Origin: a virus
Lineage: Duplodnaviria > Caudoviricetes
IMG/VR virus record: IMGVR_UViG_3300048849_000157
Coordinates: 1-42,368 of that record
Length of the DNA: 42,368 nucleotides
Direction: 5' to 3' (one strand)
Numbering within the stretch: position 1 is the stretch's first letter; the number at the start of each line of letters is the position of its first letter. Under the pieces are notes generated by a model, which was not told the DNA's origin, did not search any database, and was given only the letters and a program-made list of their open reading frames with translations. The translations under genes were made by a program, and so were the position numbers. Below are positions 1 through 8,400 of the stretch, in pieces.

Positions 1-240
1 TCAGCCGCGCGAAGGATGTTTCTGCGCGAACACGAGAAGGCGCCAGACAACCGGTCCCAGCACGGTGTGCTCGTGATGATTCTTGGATATCGCCGCGCCC
101 TTTTCGACCACCGTCTCGTCGCCACAGGTGGCACAACGGTAGATCCCGGGATTGCGCACGACCTGGCCCGGCTTCCAGTCCTGATCGAAGGCCCAGGACT
201 TCACCTCGACCATATGCGTCGAATCTTTGTACTGCGCCAT
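1..240 (-). CDS. small Cys/His protein (protein L/YjzC-like, putative zinc ribbon), flanking the prophage
   Basis: 79 aa ORF with PG..PGIYRCxxCG..NHHxH..WRL pattern. Confidence 0.6.
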   Translation of the reverse strand: MAQYKDSTHMVEVKSWAFDQDWKPGQVVRNPGIYRCATCGDETVVEKGAAISKNHHEHTVLGPVVWRLLVFAQKHPSRG

Positions 241-375
241 GCCGCATCTCCCCGTGACGATCGACGCAGTCTAAGGGCTACAGGTAACCAAATCGGTTGC
301 GAAATGGGTGAACGAATTCAACCGGGCAAGCGGCGGCTAGGGGTTTTTCCGGTGCGGTTACGCGCTGCTTCGCGC

Positions 376-762
376 TCAGTGGACAACGCACTCGGAAAGG
401 CAGTGGCGGATGGCGGCAAGAAAGTCATCCGGATCGCAGGGTTTTGGGAGCCAGGCGCAGGTCTGCTGCAGGGAGCCATGGCTCGGGTCGCCGCGTTCGC
501 TGCCGGCCGTGTGGACCAGATAAGGGACGCCGCGGCTCTCCAGCATCTGCGCGACTGCATCGCACTGGCCATCGCGCAGCCGCGTTTCTATGACCGCCAG
601 CCCCGGAGTGTGGGATTGCAGCCATTCGGCCGCCGCCAAACAGGATGAGACCGTGTTGACAGTCTGGAAGCCCGCCTGGTGCAGGAGCTCCTCCACATAA
701 ATCGCGATCAGTGCCTGGTCTTCCAGCAGCAACACTTCGAAGTTGGCATGCTCAGCTTCCAT
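376..762 (-). CDS. single-domain response regulator receiver (CheY-like)
   Basis: VLLLEDQALIA N-terminal motif and WLPKP near the C-terminus; the usual phospho-acceptor Asp position reads Glu (LAVIET); start taken at MEAEH. Confidence 0.75.
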   Translation of the reverse strand: MEAEHANFEVLLLEDQALIAIYVEELLHQAGFQTVNTVSSCLAAAEWLQSHTPGLAVIETRLRDGQCDAVAQMLESRGVPYLVHTAGSERGDPSHGSLQQTCAWLPKPCDPDDFLAAIRHCLSECVVH

Positions 763-990
763 TTCCGTTCCCCACACGATTAGGTTGATGAAAATTAGCA
801 TGCTCTGCAATTTGTTTCAGGGTCTGTTCGAAAACGTACGATCTAGCGGGAAACACTATGGTCTGAGGAGCCACAAAACCCGCAGGGGTTGAAGATGATG
901 ATGGCTCGGATCCAAGCTGGCGCCGCTCATCAAGGGAGGAGAGGGCGCACGAGGGGAGTACTGACGGCGCCTGTAGCAAGGCCCAGAAAC

Positions 991-1021
991 AACAAAGGCT
1001 TCCCGGAGGGAAGCCATTGTT
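991..1021 (-). terminator. hairpin downstream of the tRNA 3' fragment, probably the tRNA terminator
   Basis: GGCTTCCC-GGA-GGGAAGCC inverted repeat with extended flanks. Confidence 0.5.
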
Positions 1022-1043
1022 ATTTCTCATCAAAGAGATCGGA

Positions 1044-1089
1044 TGGTGGGCGTAACAGGGATTGAACCTGTGACCCCTACGATGTCAAC
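1044..1089 (-). repeat. prophage att core: 3' fragment (46 bp) of tRNA-Val(GAC)
   Basis: Reverse complement reads GTTGACATCGTAGGGGTCACAGGTTCAATCCCTGTTACGCCCACCA (anticodon loop GAC, T-arm, CCA). The 5' half of the tRNA is absent; the fragment lies next to the integrase. Confidence 0.9.
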
Positions 1090-1161
1090 ATATTTCCCCT
1101 GTGCGCAGGCCTTGGTTCTCTGGGAAAGGAGCGCTACGCTGCATGCTGTTTCGGGCATGAT

Positions 1162-1176
1162 GTTCAACCTGTGTTC
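1162..1176. promoter_or_regulatory. alphaproteobacterial LexA (SOS) box, or an integrase arm site
   Basis: GTTC-AACCTGT-GTTC, an exact GTTC-N7-GTTC match. Confidence 0.5.
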
Positions 1177-1214
1177 TTGTTTTTCGGTTCAGTGTGCCAA
1201 GGAGCACTATGTCA

Positions 1215-2198
1215 TCAAAAGCTCAGTGATGATGCCAACGTGCGCAGGTGGTCCGGCGAATATCGGCCATAGACTTTTTCGGTCATCCGGGTGTTGCTGT
1301 GTCCGAGGAATTGGGCGACTTCCGACATGGGATGCCCGTCCTCTACCAACCACACAGCCGCCGAGTGACGGAGAACGTGAGGCGTCACATCTGGCAACCT
1401 GGATGCGATTGCCGCTGCCCTCAAACCCTTCTTGATCGACTTCACTGGAACGCCTCCCCACTCTATCACAAATGGCGAAAGAGCGCTGACTTTGGCAGCC
1501 TCGAGGTCGGTTCTCAACACATCGTTCATTGGAATACTCGCCCTGCCCTTCCGCCGGGAAGAGTCAAATGGGTTGCGGAGGTTCACCATGCCACGGTCAA
1601 AATCGACACGGTCCCATGTCAACTCAAGAGCTGCGGTCACCCGCGCTCCGGTAGTGAGCATCAGCCGGATTGCCAGCGCAATATGCGGAACCTTAGCAGC
1701 GTCCATCAGACGCTTGGCCTCAGCCCGGGTGATGTAATAGTCTTTGGGCTCCGGCTTCGACGGCCTCTCGACATGAGGAGCGCGCGCGATCATCCCGTTG
1801 TTCTCTGCCCACTTGAGCGTCATGCGCAGATGACCTAGCTCCGTGTGGATGGTGCCGTCACTAATCTTGGCCGCACGCCTGTCAGCCGTATGGGCCCGGC
1901 AATCATCGACCGTTATGGCAGTGGCCTCCATCTCAGCGAAGCGGGGGGCCAGCGCCTTCCATGTGTGCTTCATGGTGGCAATCACAGCGAGGCCTTGCTT
2001 CGCGTGGCAATAGCCTGCCCATACGTCCTTGACCTTCGACCCTTTCGGGCGCGTCAGTTCCGCATATCTAGACGTGGCGCGGCGGGCCGCCTCTTTTGCA
2101 TCGGTCGTTCCAAGGCGATAACGTCTGCGGATGCCGCCTTCATCGTCCCAAGTGACGCAGAACTCTCCGTTGAGTCTGGTGATCCTCCATTCTGGCAT
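1215..2198 (-). CDS. int: tyrosine recombinase (phage integrase)
   Basis: TGAR, HVLRH, LGH and VY catalytic motifs; next to att. Confidence 0.95.
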   Translation of the reverse strand: MPEWRITRLNGEFCVTWDDEGGIRRRYRLGTTDAKEAARRATSRYAELTRPKGSKVKDVWAGYCHAKQGLAVIATMKHTWKALAPRFAEMEATAITVDDCRAHTADRRAAKISDGTIHTELGHLRMTLKWAENNGMIARAPHVERPSKPEPKDYYITRAEAKRLMDAAKVPHIALAIRLMLTTGARVTAALELTWDRVDFDRGMVNLRNPFDSSRRKGRASIPMNDVLRTDLEAAKVSALSPFVIEWGGVPVKSIKKGLRAAAIASRLPDVTPHVLRHSAAVWLVEDGHPMSEVAQFLGHSNTRMTEKVYGRYSPDHLRTLASSLSF

Positions 2199-2350
2199 TC
2201 GAAATTCTCCACATCTTCAAGCCTTATCCTAAGCAGTTTCCCGCCTAGCCGGAAAGACGGCAACTCTCCGGACGTAATCATGTTGCGAACGTGGCGCTCC
2301 GAGCAAAGCCAGCGCTTTGCCAGCAGTGCCGGCGTGAGGGCTTGCGTCAT
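2054..2350 (-). CDS. xis: excisionase-like HTH protein
   Basis: LTPALLAKRW..SERHVRNMITSGELPSFRLGGKLLRI winged-HTH pattern directly upstream of int. Confidence 0.8.
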   Translation of the reverse strand: MTQALTPALLAKRWLCSERHVRNMITSGELPSFRLGGKLLRIRLEDVENFECQNGGSPDSTESSASLGTMKAASADVIALERPMQKRRPAAPRLDMRN

Positions 2351-2562
2351 GTCTCGCTCCCTTCGTCTGCGGGGTGGGGCTGGACCGAGAGCAGCCGGAC
2401 CACGTGCGACAATGCCATAGCCTGATATCCGTGGTTGGCGGTCTCTGCGTCAGGCATGCCAAATATGCGGAAAAGCTTAAAGCGCTGCTCGTCGCTGAGA
2501 TCGCGAAAGAACCAAAGCCCAAGTTTGCTCCGCGCCTGACCAAGGGTTACTTTCTCGCTCAT
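2347..2562 (-). CDS. hypothetical phage protein
   Basis: ATGA-coupled to its neighbours in the early left operon. Confidence 0.65.
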   Translation of the reverse strand: MSEKVTLGQARSKLGLWFFRDLSDEQRFKLFRIFGMPDAETANHGYQAMALSHVVRLLSVQPHPADEGSET

Positions 2563-3122
2563 TCTGAGCCCTCCGCCGCGAGGGCGGCGCGGGCCGTGTA
2601 AAACCGCTGCAGTGCGAATGAATTGACATGGTATTTCGGGAACTCGTCATTCTCGATGACGAGCTGCAGTGTGTCCGTCATGTCAAACCCTTCTGTCTCG
2701 CTATCGAAGAAATCCGCAATGTCTGCGAATGGCCTTAGAGCGTCTTCAAGCGTTTTGATGCGGTCGATAGCCCAATCAGACGCGGGCCATGGCGATTGAG
2801 GCAAATCGCCGGTATCGATCTCCGCCGCCTGGCTCTCTACCGGGGGCGCTTCGGGCGGGGCGGGGCGCTTGCTAACGAAGCGCATCAACTCGGTAGCCAC
2901 ATCGCCAATGTCATCGTCCGACAATTCGGGAACATGTCGCCAGTTGCGGCAGGCACCCTCAAGAAAGCTGATAGCCTCATTGCGTGTGACGACTACCGGC
3001 TGCGGGGCCTGCTCTACCGGGGAGAGGGCAGCGGAAGCCAACGCGCGTGATAGTTCTATTTTGCACAGTGCATTTTCACGCGCTGCGCTCGCCTTGAGGG
3101 CGTCTCCTGTGGGGTTGGTCAT
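2559..3122 (-). CDS. hypothetical mosaic phage protein
   Basis: AGGAG RBS before ATG at 3122 (MTNPTG); LRPFA..ARAAL motif typical of phage early proteins. Confidence 0.65.
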   Translation of the reverse strand: MTNPTGDALKASAARENALCKIELSRALASAALSPVEQAPQPVVVTRNEAISFLEGACRNWRHVPELSDDDIGDVATELMRFVSKRPAPPEAPPVESQAAEIDTGDLPQSPWPASDWAIDRIKTLEDALRPFADIADFFDSETEGFDMTDTLQLVIENDEFPKYHVNSFALQRFYTARAALAAEGSE

Positions 3123-3334
3123 GGGCGTGGCTCCTGATGAGCGTGTGGCGGCCCGACGAGCGCGTCGGCATCGCCCTTGAAGACCATGAAGGCCGCCTTG
3201 GCCCGATACCGAAAAGACCAGAACCCCATCGGTCGGGACGGATAATAGACCTTGCCGTCGTGGCTGGCTTGGTTCTCGTTCAGGCTTCGCAGCCACTGCG
3301 GCGTCATGCGGATTATGTTGGGTGTGCGCTTCAT
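3119..3334 (-). CDS. hypothetical phage protein
   Basis: MKRTPNII start, ATGA-coupled to the HNH gene. Confidence 0.6.
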   Translation of the reverse strand: MKRTPNIIRMTPQWLRSLNENQASHDGKVYYPSRPMGFWSFRYRAKAAFMVFKGDADALVGPPHAHQEPRP

Positions 3335-3735
3335 GGCTTCATCTCCTGAACTGGTGCGGGCTGATACAGCTGCCGCGGTGGAAGGGGTGTCTTCGTCTGT
3401 CGTGCGGCTGCCTTCTCCGTCTGTGGGAAGGGAGCGCTCTGGAGAGGCTTGGCGGGGGCAGGACGGGCGCCGATATGCTTGGCCTCGGTACGCTTGGCCT
3501 TTGAGATCCGCTTCTGATCCTGCGCAGTTTTCGCGCCGACGCCTCTGTGACAAGGAACGCACAGAACCTGGCAATTGGAGAGCGACGAATCCTCGGACAG
3601 CGCATAAGACGTAATGTGGTCGTACTCGCCTTCGCCAACCTTCAGCGTGGCTTTGCAGCTCTCGCACTTGCCGGCACACCGCGCGAAGGCAAGCAGCCTG
3701 ATCTTGGCTGTGAACTCCTTACGCCGCGCGCTCAT
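3331..3735 (-). CDS. HNH endonuclease
   Basis: CESC..EYDHI..NCQVLCVPCH motifs. Confidence 0.85.
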   Translation of the reverse strand: MSARRKEFTAKIRLLAFARCAGKCESCKATLKVGEGEYDHITSYALSEDSSLSNCQVLCVPCHRGVGAKTAQDQKRISKAKRTEAKHIGARPAPAKPLQSAPFPQTEKAAARQTKTPLPPRQLYQPAPVQEMKP

Positions 3736-3917
3736 GTGCGCCTCCTGAACCACGGGAGGAACCGCTCAATCACGCTCTCCTGCTTCGGCTTGTCGTCGTT
3801 AGCGGTTGTGATCTCTAGCCCCCACTTGCTACGGAACCGGTGGCGCTTGGCTTCGATGACAGGGGCAAATGGGTCCGGTTTGCCTCTAGAGTGAGCCTTG
3901 ACGGGGGTGATGGTCAT
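3732..3917 (-). CDS. hypothetical phage protein
   Basis: 61 aa, translationally coupled at both ends. Confidence 0.55.
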   Translation of the reverse strand: MTITPVKAHSRGKPDPFAPVIEAKRHRFRSKWGLEITTANDDKPKQESVIERFLPWFRRRT

Positions 3918-4369
3918 GCTGCTCTCCTCTTCAGGTCTTCGGGGTTGGTGAGTTCGACGCCTAGCCCCGAATAGTGCCGGTGGATCGCGTCGAGATAGGC
4001 CGTCTTCTGCCGTGTCGTCATGATGGAGGTGATCGGCAAGCTGATAGGCTCCATCATCAGCTTCAGTTTCATCTCGTATGGCAGGGGCTTGATCACCTCG
4101 TCATAGCGAGCGCGGAATGCGTCGTTCTCCGCGCGAAGGATCGGGACGCCGAACGTCAGCTTGCATTCGCCCCGGGTCTCTTCCGGGGTTCGGTCGCCGA
4201 GTTGCGTGGCGATCTCGACCATCCACAAGCGCTGCAGCCTGTTCTGGTCATTGGTCCGGTGCTTGCCGTCGGTCAGGGTGGCAGTGAAGGGAAGCGGGCG
4301 GCTCTGGATGAACTTCACCAGCATGTCGCGCGCCTGCTCCGTCTCGACGATCCTGTTGTTCGTCGCCAT
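3914..4369 (-). CDS. NinB/Orf-family recombination accessory protein
   Basis: RTNDQN..W..EIA..Q motif and C-terminal TSxMT..Q..YLD; next to the annealing protein. Confidence 0.7.
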   Translation of the reverse strand: MATNNRIVETEQARDMLVKFIQSRPLPFTATLTDGKHRTNDQNRLQRLWMVEIATQLGDRTPEETRGECKLTFGVPILRAENDAFRARYDEVIKPLPYEMKLKLMMEPISLPITSIMTTRQKTAYLDAIHRHYSGLGVELTNPEDLKRRAA

Positions 4370-5100
4370 TACCCAGCCTCCGCCAGGCTAAGCTCACGTC
4401 CGGCAGCGTTGTGGATGCCAGTGGAGCCGGGGAAATCGTCAGGGGCCTCGGCAAGCTGCTTGCGCTTCGCTTCAAACTTCGCGGCGGCTTCCTGCTTGTA
4501 TTCTTTGGACCATGCGTCCTTCAGGGCAATTTGCTTCCACTGCAGCGCGCACTTGTCGACGGCAAGGATTGAGCCGCAGTCGAGAAGCTCTTTATCGATC
4601 TCCGCAAGCTGCCTCTTGAGAGAAGCGGAGCTAGGCGCCTTCACGCCAGCCTGTTTCACGAAGTCCCACGGGTCGCCCTTCCAACGCTTCCAGTGCTTCT
4701 TGCCACCATATTCAGAGACTTCGCACGGCACCCACGGCGCATCGAGCGCGTAGAGGTAACGGCCAATCCCCCATTTCACTGCAGCGCGCTTGAAGGCGTC
4801 AGAGATAGCGCCCTTCTCGGCTTCGACCTGCGTGTCTCCAGCGCCGTCGGCTTTCGTGATCCACTGTCCATCAATGCTGATGGACAGGTAGCAGATCGTA
4901 CGAGCGCCACTGAACTCGTAGCGATCCTGCCAGCCATCGGCGCCGCAGATGTCATCAAGCCGGTCCATCACATCTCGAGCATCGATGTAAGCTAGAGCCA
5001 TGGCCTTCTCGCCGTCCTTGGTGAGGGACTGTGCGCGCCAGCTGATCGCTTCCCTCGGGAACTCTGCAAAGAGCATCTTTACGTCTTCTGCTGTAGGCAT
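4369..5100 (-). CDS. Rad52/Rad22-family single-strand annealing protein (Sak-like)
   Basis: LAYIDARDVMDRLD and KGAISDAFKRAAVKWGIGRYLY motifs; start MPTAED at 5100. Confidence 0.9.
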   Translation of the reverse strand: MPTAEDVKMLFAEFPREAISWRAQSLTKDGEKAMALAYIDARDVMDRLDDICGADGWQDRYEFSGARTICYLSISIDGQWITKADGAGDTQVEAEKGAISDAFKRAAVKWGIGRYLYALDAPWVPCEVSEYGGKKHWKRWKGDPWDFVKQAGVKAPSSASLKRQLAEIDKELLDCGSILAVDKCALQWKQIALKDAWSKEYKQEAAAKFEAKRKQLAEAPDDFPGSTGIHNAAGRELSLAEAG

Positions 5101-5774
5101 CACGCGGCCTCCCCAAAGCTGACCATCATCTTGCGGTGGATCGAGCGGGTGCGCTCCACGTCCTGCCGGCAGTAGTCCGCGATCTCCGCGAACTTGCCAT
5201 CGGCAAACATCTGAGCGACCATCGACCCATCCACATCGCCTTTGCCTGGAAGGCCAAGAGCTGCAGCAAGGTTGTCCATGCTGATCGTGTCGCGGGCGCC
5301 TGCCCATGCGGTCATGGTGTCGAATACGCTGGCGTCCCATGGCTTCGGGTCGCGCGGGAACCAGTTCGGGACACGAACGCCGAGAACCATGGCGCGCTGC
5401 CAGATGAAACGGATATCGAACCCTACGACGTTGTGACCAACGATTACGGGGAAGCCGTTTCCGATATCGCGAGAAGCTCGGTCGAAGAACGCCACAAGGA
5501 TATCAACCTCGTCCATTGGGTCATGGATTTCCTGGGATGCAGCTGGGCTGCTTCCGATAGCCCAGCCGATGCAGCAGATGTGTCCGAAGGCGCCACTGAA
5601 TGAGGTCTTTGCGATAGCATCCTCGACGGCGCCGGCCTTGCCGTCCTTCTCCCAGGCTGCGATAGTGTCAGCCTTCTTCATGGCTGCCGGCGGCTTGACA
5701 GAGGCGGCGACACGGGCCTTGGCGTCTTCCGACTGCGCTGGAATTGTCTCGATATCGAGATAAACGTATGTCAT
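5100..5774 (-). CDS. PolB-like 3'-5' exonuclease (DEDD superfamily)
   Basis: ExoI LDIET, ExoII GHNVVGFD, ExoIII YCRQD. Confidence 0.85.
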   Translation of the reverse strand: MTYVYLDIETIPAQSEDAKARVAASVKPPAAMKKADTIAAWEKDGKAGAVEDAIAKTSFSGAFGHICCIGWAIGSSPAASQEIHDPMDEVDILVAFFDRASRDIGNGFPVIVGHNVVGFDIRFIWQRAMVLGVRVPNWFPRDPKPWDASVFDTMTAWAGARDTISMDNLAAALGLPGKGDVDGSMVAQMFADGKFAEIADYCRQDVERTRSIHRKMMVSFGEAA

Positions 5775-5959
5775 TCTGCAGCCTCCATGATTTTGATTCT
5801 CGACAGATAAAACTCGGCGTCATCTTCCCGGATCGCAGCGCTCATCAGCAGGCGCTCACGGGTATCTCTGCGGAGAACGGTGGACGCCAGCTCTCGGTAT
5901 TCAACCGCGTCTGTGCGGCACTGGTGGGCGAAGCGGCGGAGTTGGGTGGGGTCAAGCAT
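5771..5959 (-). CDS. hypothetical phage protein
   Basis: GGAGG RBS before ATG at 5959. Confidence 0.55.
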   Translation of the reverse strand: MLDPTQLRRFAHQCRTDAVEYRELASTVLRRDTRERLLMSAAIREDDAEFYLSRIKIMEAAE

Positions 5960-6260
5960 TGGAGGCCTCCGCAAGGGAGGGTGGCGCAGGAAGCGGCATC
6001 CAGTGGCTGGGCGCCATGAACACGCAATCGCCTGAGATTGTCTCGTGGCTTATCCAACCTTGGCCGGGGAACTCTTCTAGGTACTCTGCCCACTCTTTTT
6101 CGCCTTCACCATCTTCACAGATGGTAAGGAAATCCTCGTATGGCATGTCACCATCATAGGCACCCACACAGACGCCGAACCCATCGTAAAGCAGAACATC
6201 GTCGCCATCCTTCGGCGCGGTTTCGATTGGCTGCCACTTCATTTCAACGGCTGACGACAT
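5952..6260 (-). CDS. DUF551-family protein
   Basis: WQPIETAPKDG..PSHWMPLPAPP. Confidence 0.8.
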   Translation of the reverse strand: MSSAVEMKWQPIETAPKDGDDVLLYDGFGVCVGAYDGDMPYEDFLTICEDGEGEKEWAEYLEEFPGQGWISHETISGDCVFMAPSHWMPLPAPPSLAEASNA

Positions 6261-6465
6261 GGTAGTTCTCCTGGTTAGCCTTTACCCAATGCTGCATCTG
6301 TGGTGCACCGAAGTAGGCGAATGATGCGGCGACGAGCACAAGCATCGCCACGAGCGCGACTGCCTCATTGATCGCGTTGCTGAGACGGAGCCTTTCCGCA
6401 TTCTGGCGGGCGTTGATCTCGTGAGCGCGCTGGAGGGCTGTCTTCGCTGGGGTGAGTTCAGACAT
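6244..6465 (-). CDS. small membrane protein
   Basis: single hydrophobic segment AVALVAMLVLVAASFAYF. Confidence 0.6.
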   Translation of the reverse strand: MSELTPAKTALQRAHEINARQNAERLRLSNAINEAVALVAMLVLVAASFAYFGAPQMQHWVKANQENYHVVSR

Positions 6466-6676
6466 CGGCCAGCCCCTTTATGTCCTCGGAGGACGCATAG
6501 AACCGATTGTTCCGGTAGGTTGGGTGGTGAACATCGTATGAGATGCGGGGCTCATCACTCCAAACCCATCTGGCCGAAATCGTTCGAACCTCCCCAGTCT
6601 GGAGCCGGCCATGGTGATCGACGTAGGCAACAATATCGCCGCGCTTAAACTCTGGAGTTGCTGGCTTCGCGCTCAT
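6458..6676 (-). CDS. hypothetical protein (SH3/KOW-like beta pattern)
   Basis: FKRGDIV..GEV..I pattern; start MSAKP is ATGA-coupled. Confidence 0.55.
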   Translation of the reverse strand: MSAKPATPEFKRGDIVAYVDHHGRLQTGEVRTISARWVWSDEPRISYDVHHPTYRNNRFYASSEDIKGLADV

Positions 6677-6954
6677 GCTGCGTTCCCCGCATCCAGAACA
6701 GAACCCGTAGCCTTGCGCACATCCATCATCTCGCGAGTCTCGAACATTGGATGGCCGGCATTCGGAAAATCGATCTTCCAAACGGTCTGACCCCAATCGT
6801 CATAGATCTGGTCTTTGCAGCCGTCGCAGTACCAAGCGTAGGAACCATGGTTGTACCAACGAGCAGGTGAGCACTGGCACCGGCCTCGATTGCACGAGCC
6901 GTCTTCCTTGCCTTTGTCTGCCTTGTCAGGGCCGTTGTAATCGCCGTAAGCCAT
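6673..6954 (-). CDS. Cys-rich hypothetical phage protein
   Basis: GSCNRGRCQ..WYNH..YCDGC; start MAYGDY. Confidence 0.6.
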   Translation of the reverse strand: MAYGDYNGPDKADKGKEDGSCNRGRCQCSPARWYNHGSYAWYCDGCKDQIYDDWGQTVWKIDFPNAGHPMFETREMMDVRKATGSVLDAGNAA

Positions 6955-7205
6955 CAGACGCGCTCCCCTGCATGAGCAGAGACAGGGCCTGCATCGACGT
7001 AGGCGTGGACACGGCTGCGGTTGCGCATGTTGTTGTGCTGCGTCCAGCGGGCGTCGGAGACCATCTGCTCGGTGATGTCGTCGATCTGCTCGTCGGTGAG
7101 CCAAGGGGCTTCCTTGCGACGGAGCATGGCAGCAACTGCCTCCTGCAAAGCGAACTGGCCAAAGCTGCGGATGTATTCGAGTTTCTTCTGACGGGTGGCG
7201 TTCAT
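6954..7205 (-). CDS. hypothetical phage protein
   Basis: GAGG RBS, coupled to the downstream gene. Confidence 0.55.
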   Translation of the reverse strand: MNATRQKKLEYIRSFGQFALQEAVAAMLRRKEAPWLTDEQIDDITEQMVSDARWTQHNNMRNRSRVHAYVDAGPVSAHAGERV

Positions 7206-7213
7206 GTCGGGCC

Positions 7214-7471
7214 TCACGCGGCTTCGTGGATGGAATGGGGAGGGGTGGAGCGGGCCAGCATCATCGCCTCGTAGGCGGTCGCTGGACGGCTGAACTCGCA
7301 GACCTCGCCGCCGACAAGATCCGCACGGCGCTGGGCGCTCTTACGGCTGGAGAACTCAACCGCGTCCATGTCGTCACGGGTCCAGTCATCTTGGCTGGCG
7401 AAGATCGTGTAGAATTCCGTGGCGTTCGTGTCGGTCAGGCGCTGGATGTGGAAGCGAGTTACAAACGGCAT
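7214..7471 (-). CDS. hypothetical phage protein
   Basis: GAGGAG RBS. Confidence 0.6.
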   Translation of the reverse strand: MPFVTRFHIQRLTDTNATEFYTIFASQDDWTRDDMDAVEFSSRKSAQRRADLVGGEVCEFSRPATAYEAMMLARSTPPHSIHEAA

Positions 7472-7519
7472 CTGCGTTCTCCTCGGGTGGCGAGAGCCGG
7501 GTGGCTCGGGGGGTGGGGT

Positions 7520-7795
7520 CTAGGCGGCGCGACGCCCGTGATGGATGAAGCTGATCTCACCGGCGGCCAGCTGGCGGGCATACCGAGCCTGCTGACGCTT
7601 CCCGCAGTGGGGGCGGTCGTACTTGTTGCGGTCGACAGCACCGCAGCGGTAGATGCCGTTCTCGGTCTTCCGATACCCACTGTGCTTGTTGCGGACGGCT
7701 GCAGGTTCCGGGACGCTCATATCGAGGGTGATATGCGATCCGCCCAAAGCTGCGAGAGTTGCAGCAGCCATCAGTCCAATGCGGGAAGTTCTCAT
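7520..7795 (-). CDS. hypothetical protein, first gene of the early left operon
   Basis: GAGGAG RBS just downstream of the leftward promoter. Confidence 0.6.
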   Translation of the reverse strand: MRTSRIGLMAAATLAALGGSHITLDMSVPEPAAVRNKHSGYRKTENGIYRCGAVDRNKYDRPHCGKRQQARYARQLAAGEISFIHHGRRAA

Positions 7796-7857
7796 GTCCG
7801 TCTCCTCGGTTGCGCAAGAGCGCCGGCGGCGGCGTCTTGCTTGTGTTCGATGAGGAG

Positions 7858-7886
7858 ATTATGCATTGGATGCATGCGACCGTCAA
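7858..7886 (-). promoter_or_regulatory. leftward early promoter (PL-like)
   Basis: minus strand TTGACG (7886-7881), 17-bp spacer, CATAAT (7863-7858). Confidence 0.7.
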
Positions 7887-7908
7887 CAGCTACATGCATC
7901 ACAAGCAT
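7861..7908. promoter_or_regulatory. two putative repressor operators (OL)
   Basis: ATGCAT-TGG-ATGCAT (7861-7875) and ATGCAT-CAC-AAGCAT (7894-7908); the same motif occurs between cI and cro. Confidence 0.7.
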
Positions 7909-7915
7909 ATTTTTC

Positions 7916-7944
7916 TTGCAACGTCCGAATCGCTGAGCTAGAAC
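7916..7944 (+). promoter_or_regulatory. rightward promoter into the non-coding structured region
   Basis: TTGCAA, 17 bp, (GC)TAGAAC, resembling the alphaproteobacterial GCTANAWC -10 element. Confidence 0.55.
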
Positions 7945-7949
7945 GGAAA

Positions 7950-8400
7950 AACCCCGCGAGCTGTGCAGGCTCCGGGGCGCGACTGGAAATAGGCTTGGTG
8001 GTCCAGTAGTGACGTTATAGCGAATTCGTCACTTCACATCAAGTCTTTGATTGCAGATGCCGGTGTCACTGTTGGGCCCGTCTGCGATCGAGAGTGCGAG
8101 GCGGTGTGACGTGCGGGCTGGTCCGCTTACAAAACCAGAGGGCTTTGCGTAAGCACAAGGGACTGTTGACCCAGCGCATGAGGCTACCCAGGCCGATAGA
8201 AACAACAGCATGAACCGCAAGGGCAATGCACCGTCATATGGTGTAGCGGGGATGTGTCGTATGTCCGAGACTCGTCTCAAGTGGCAGATGACCCAGAAGC
8301 CATGCATCGTTATCGGTGCATAGGGCTTTCTGTGTCTTCGAACCGGACTGAACTCAGTGGCAGACCATTAGAAAGAGGTTAACTGTAGTACACTGTACCT
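7950..8400 (+). ncRNA. candidate large structured non-coding RNA
   Basis: No credible ORF; consecutive stems (7952-7977, 7982-8007, 8008-8033, 8044-8093, 8125-8154, 8163-8208, 8227-8245, 8294-8332) with G-U pairs that work only on the + strand. Confidence 0.55.

Noticed and set aside
16-648. 210-aa + strand ORF
   Set aside because: Shadow of two better-supported minus-strand genes.
1044-1120. intact tRNA-Val gene
   Set aside because: Similarity stops at the anticodon loop (1089); the D-arm and 5' acceptor strand are missing, so it is an att fragment.
1043-1435. 130-aa ORF starting MVGVTGIEPVT
   Set aside because: Translation of the tRNA antisense strand plus integrase antisense.
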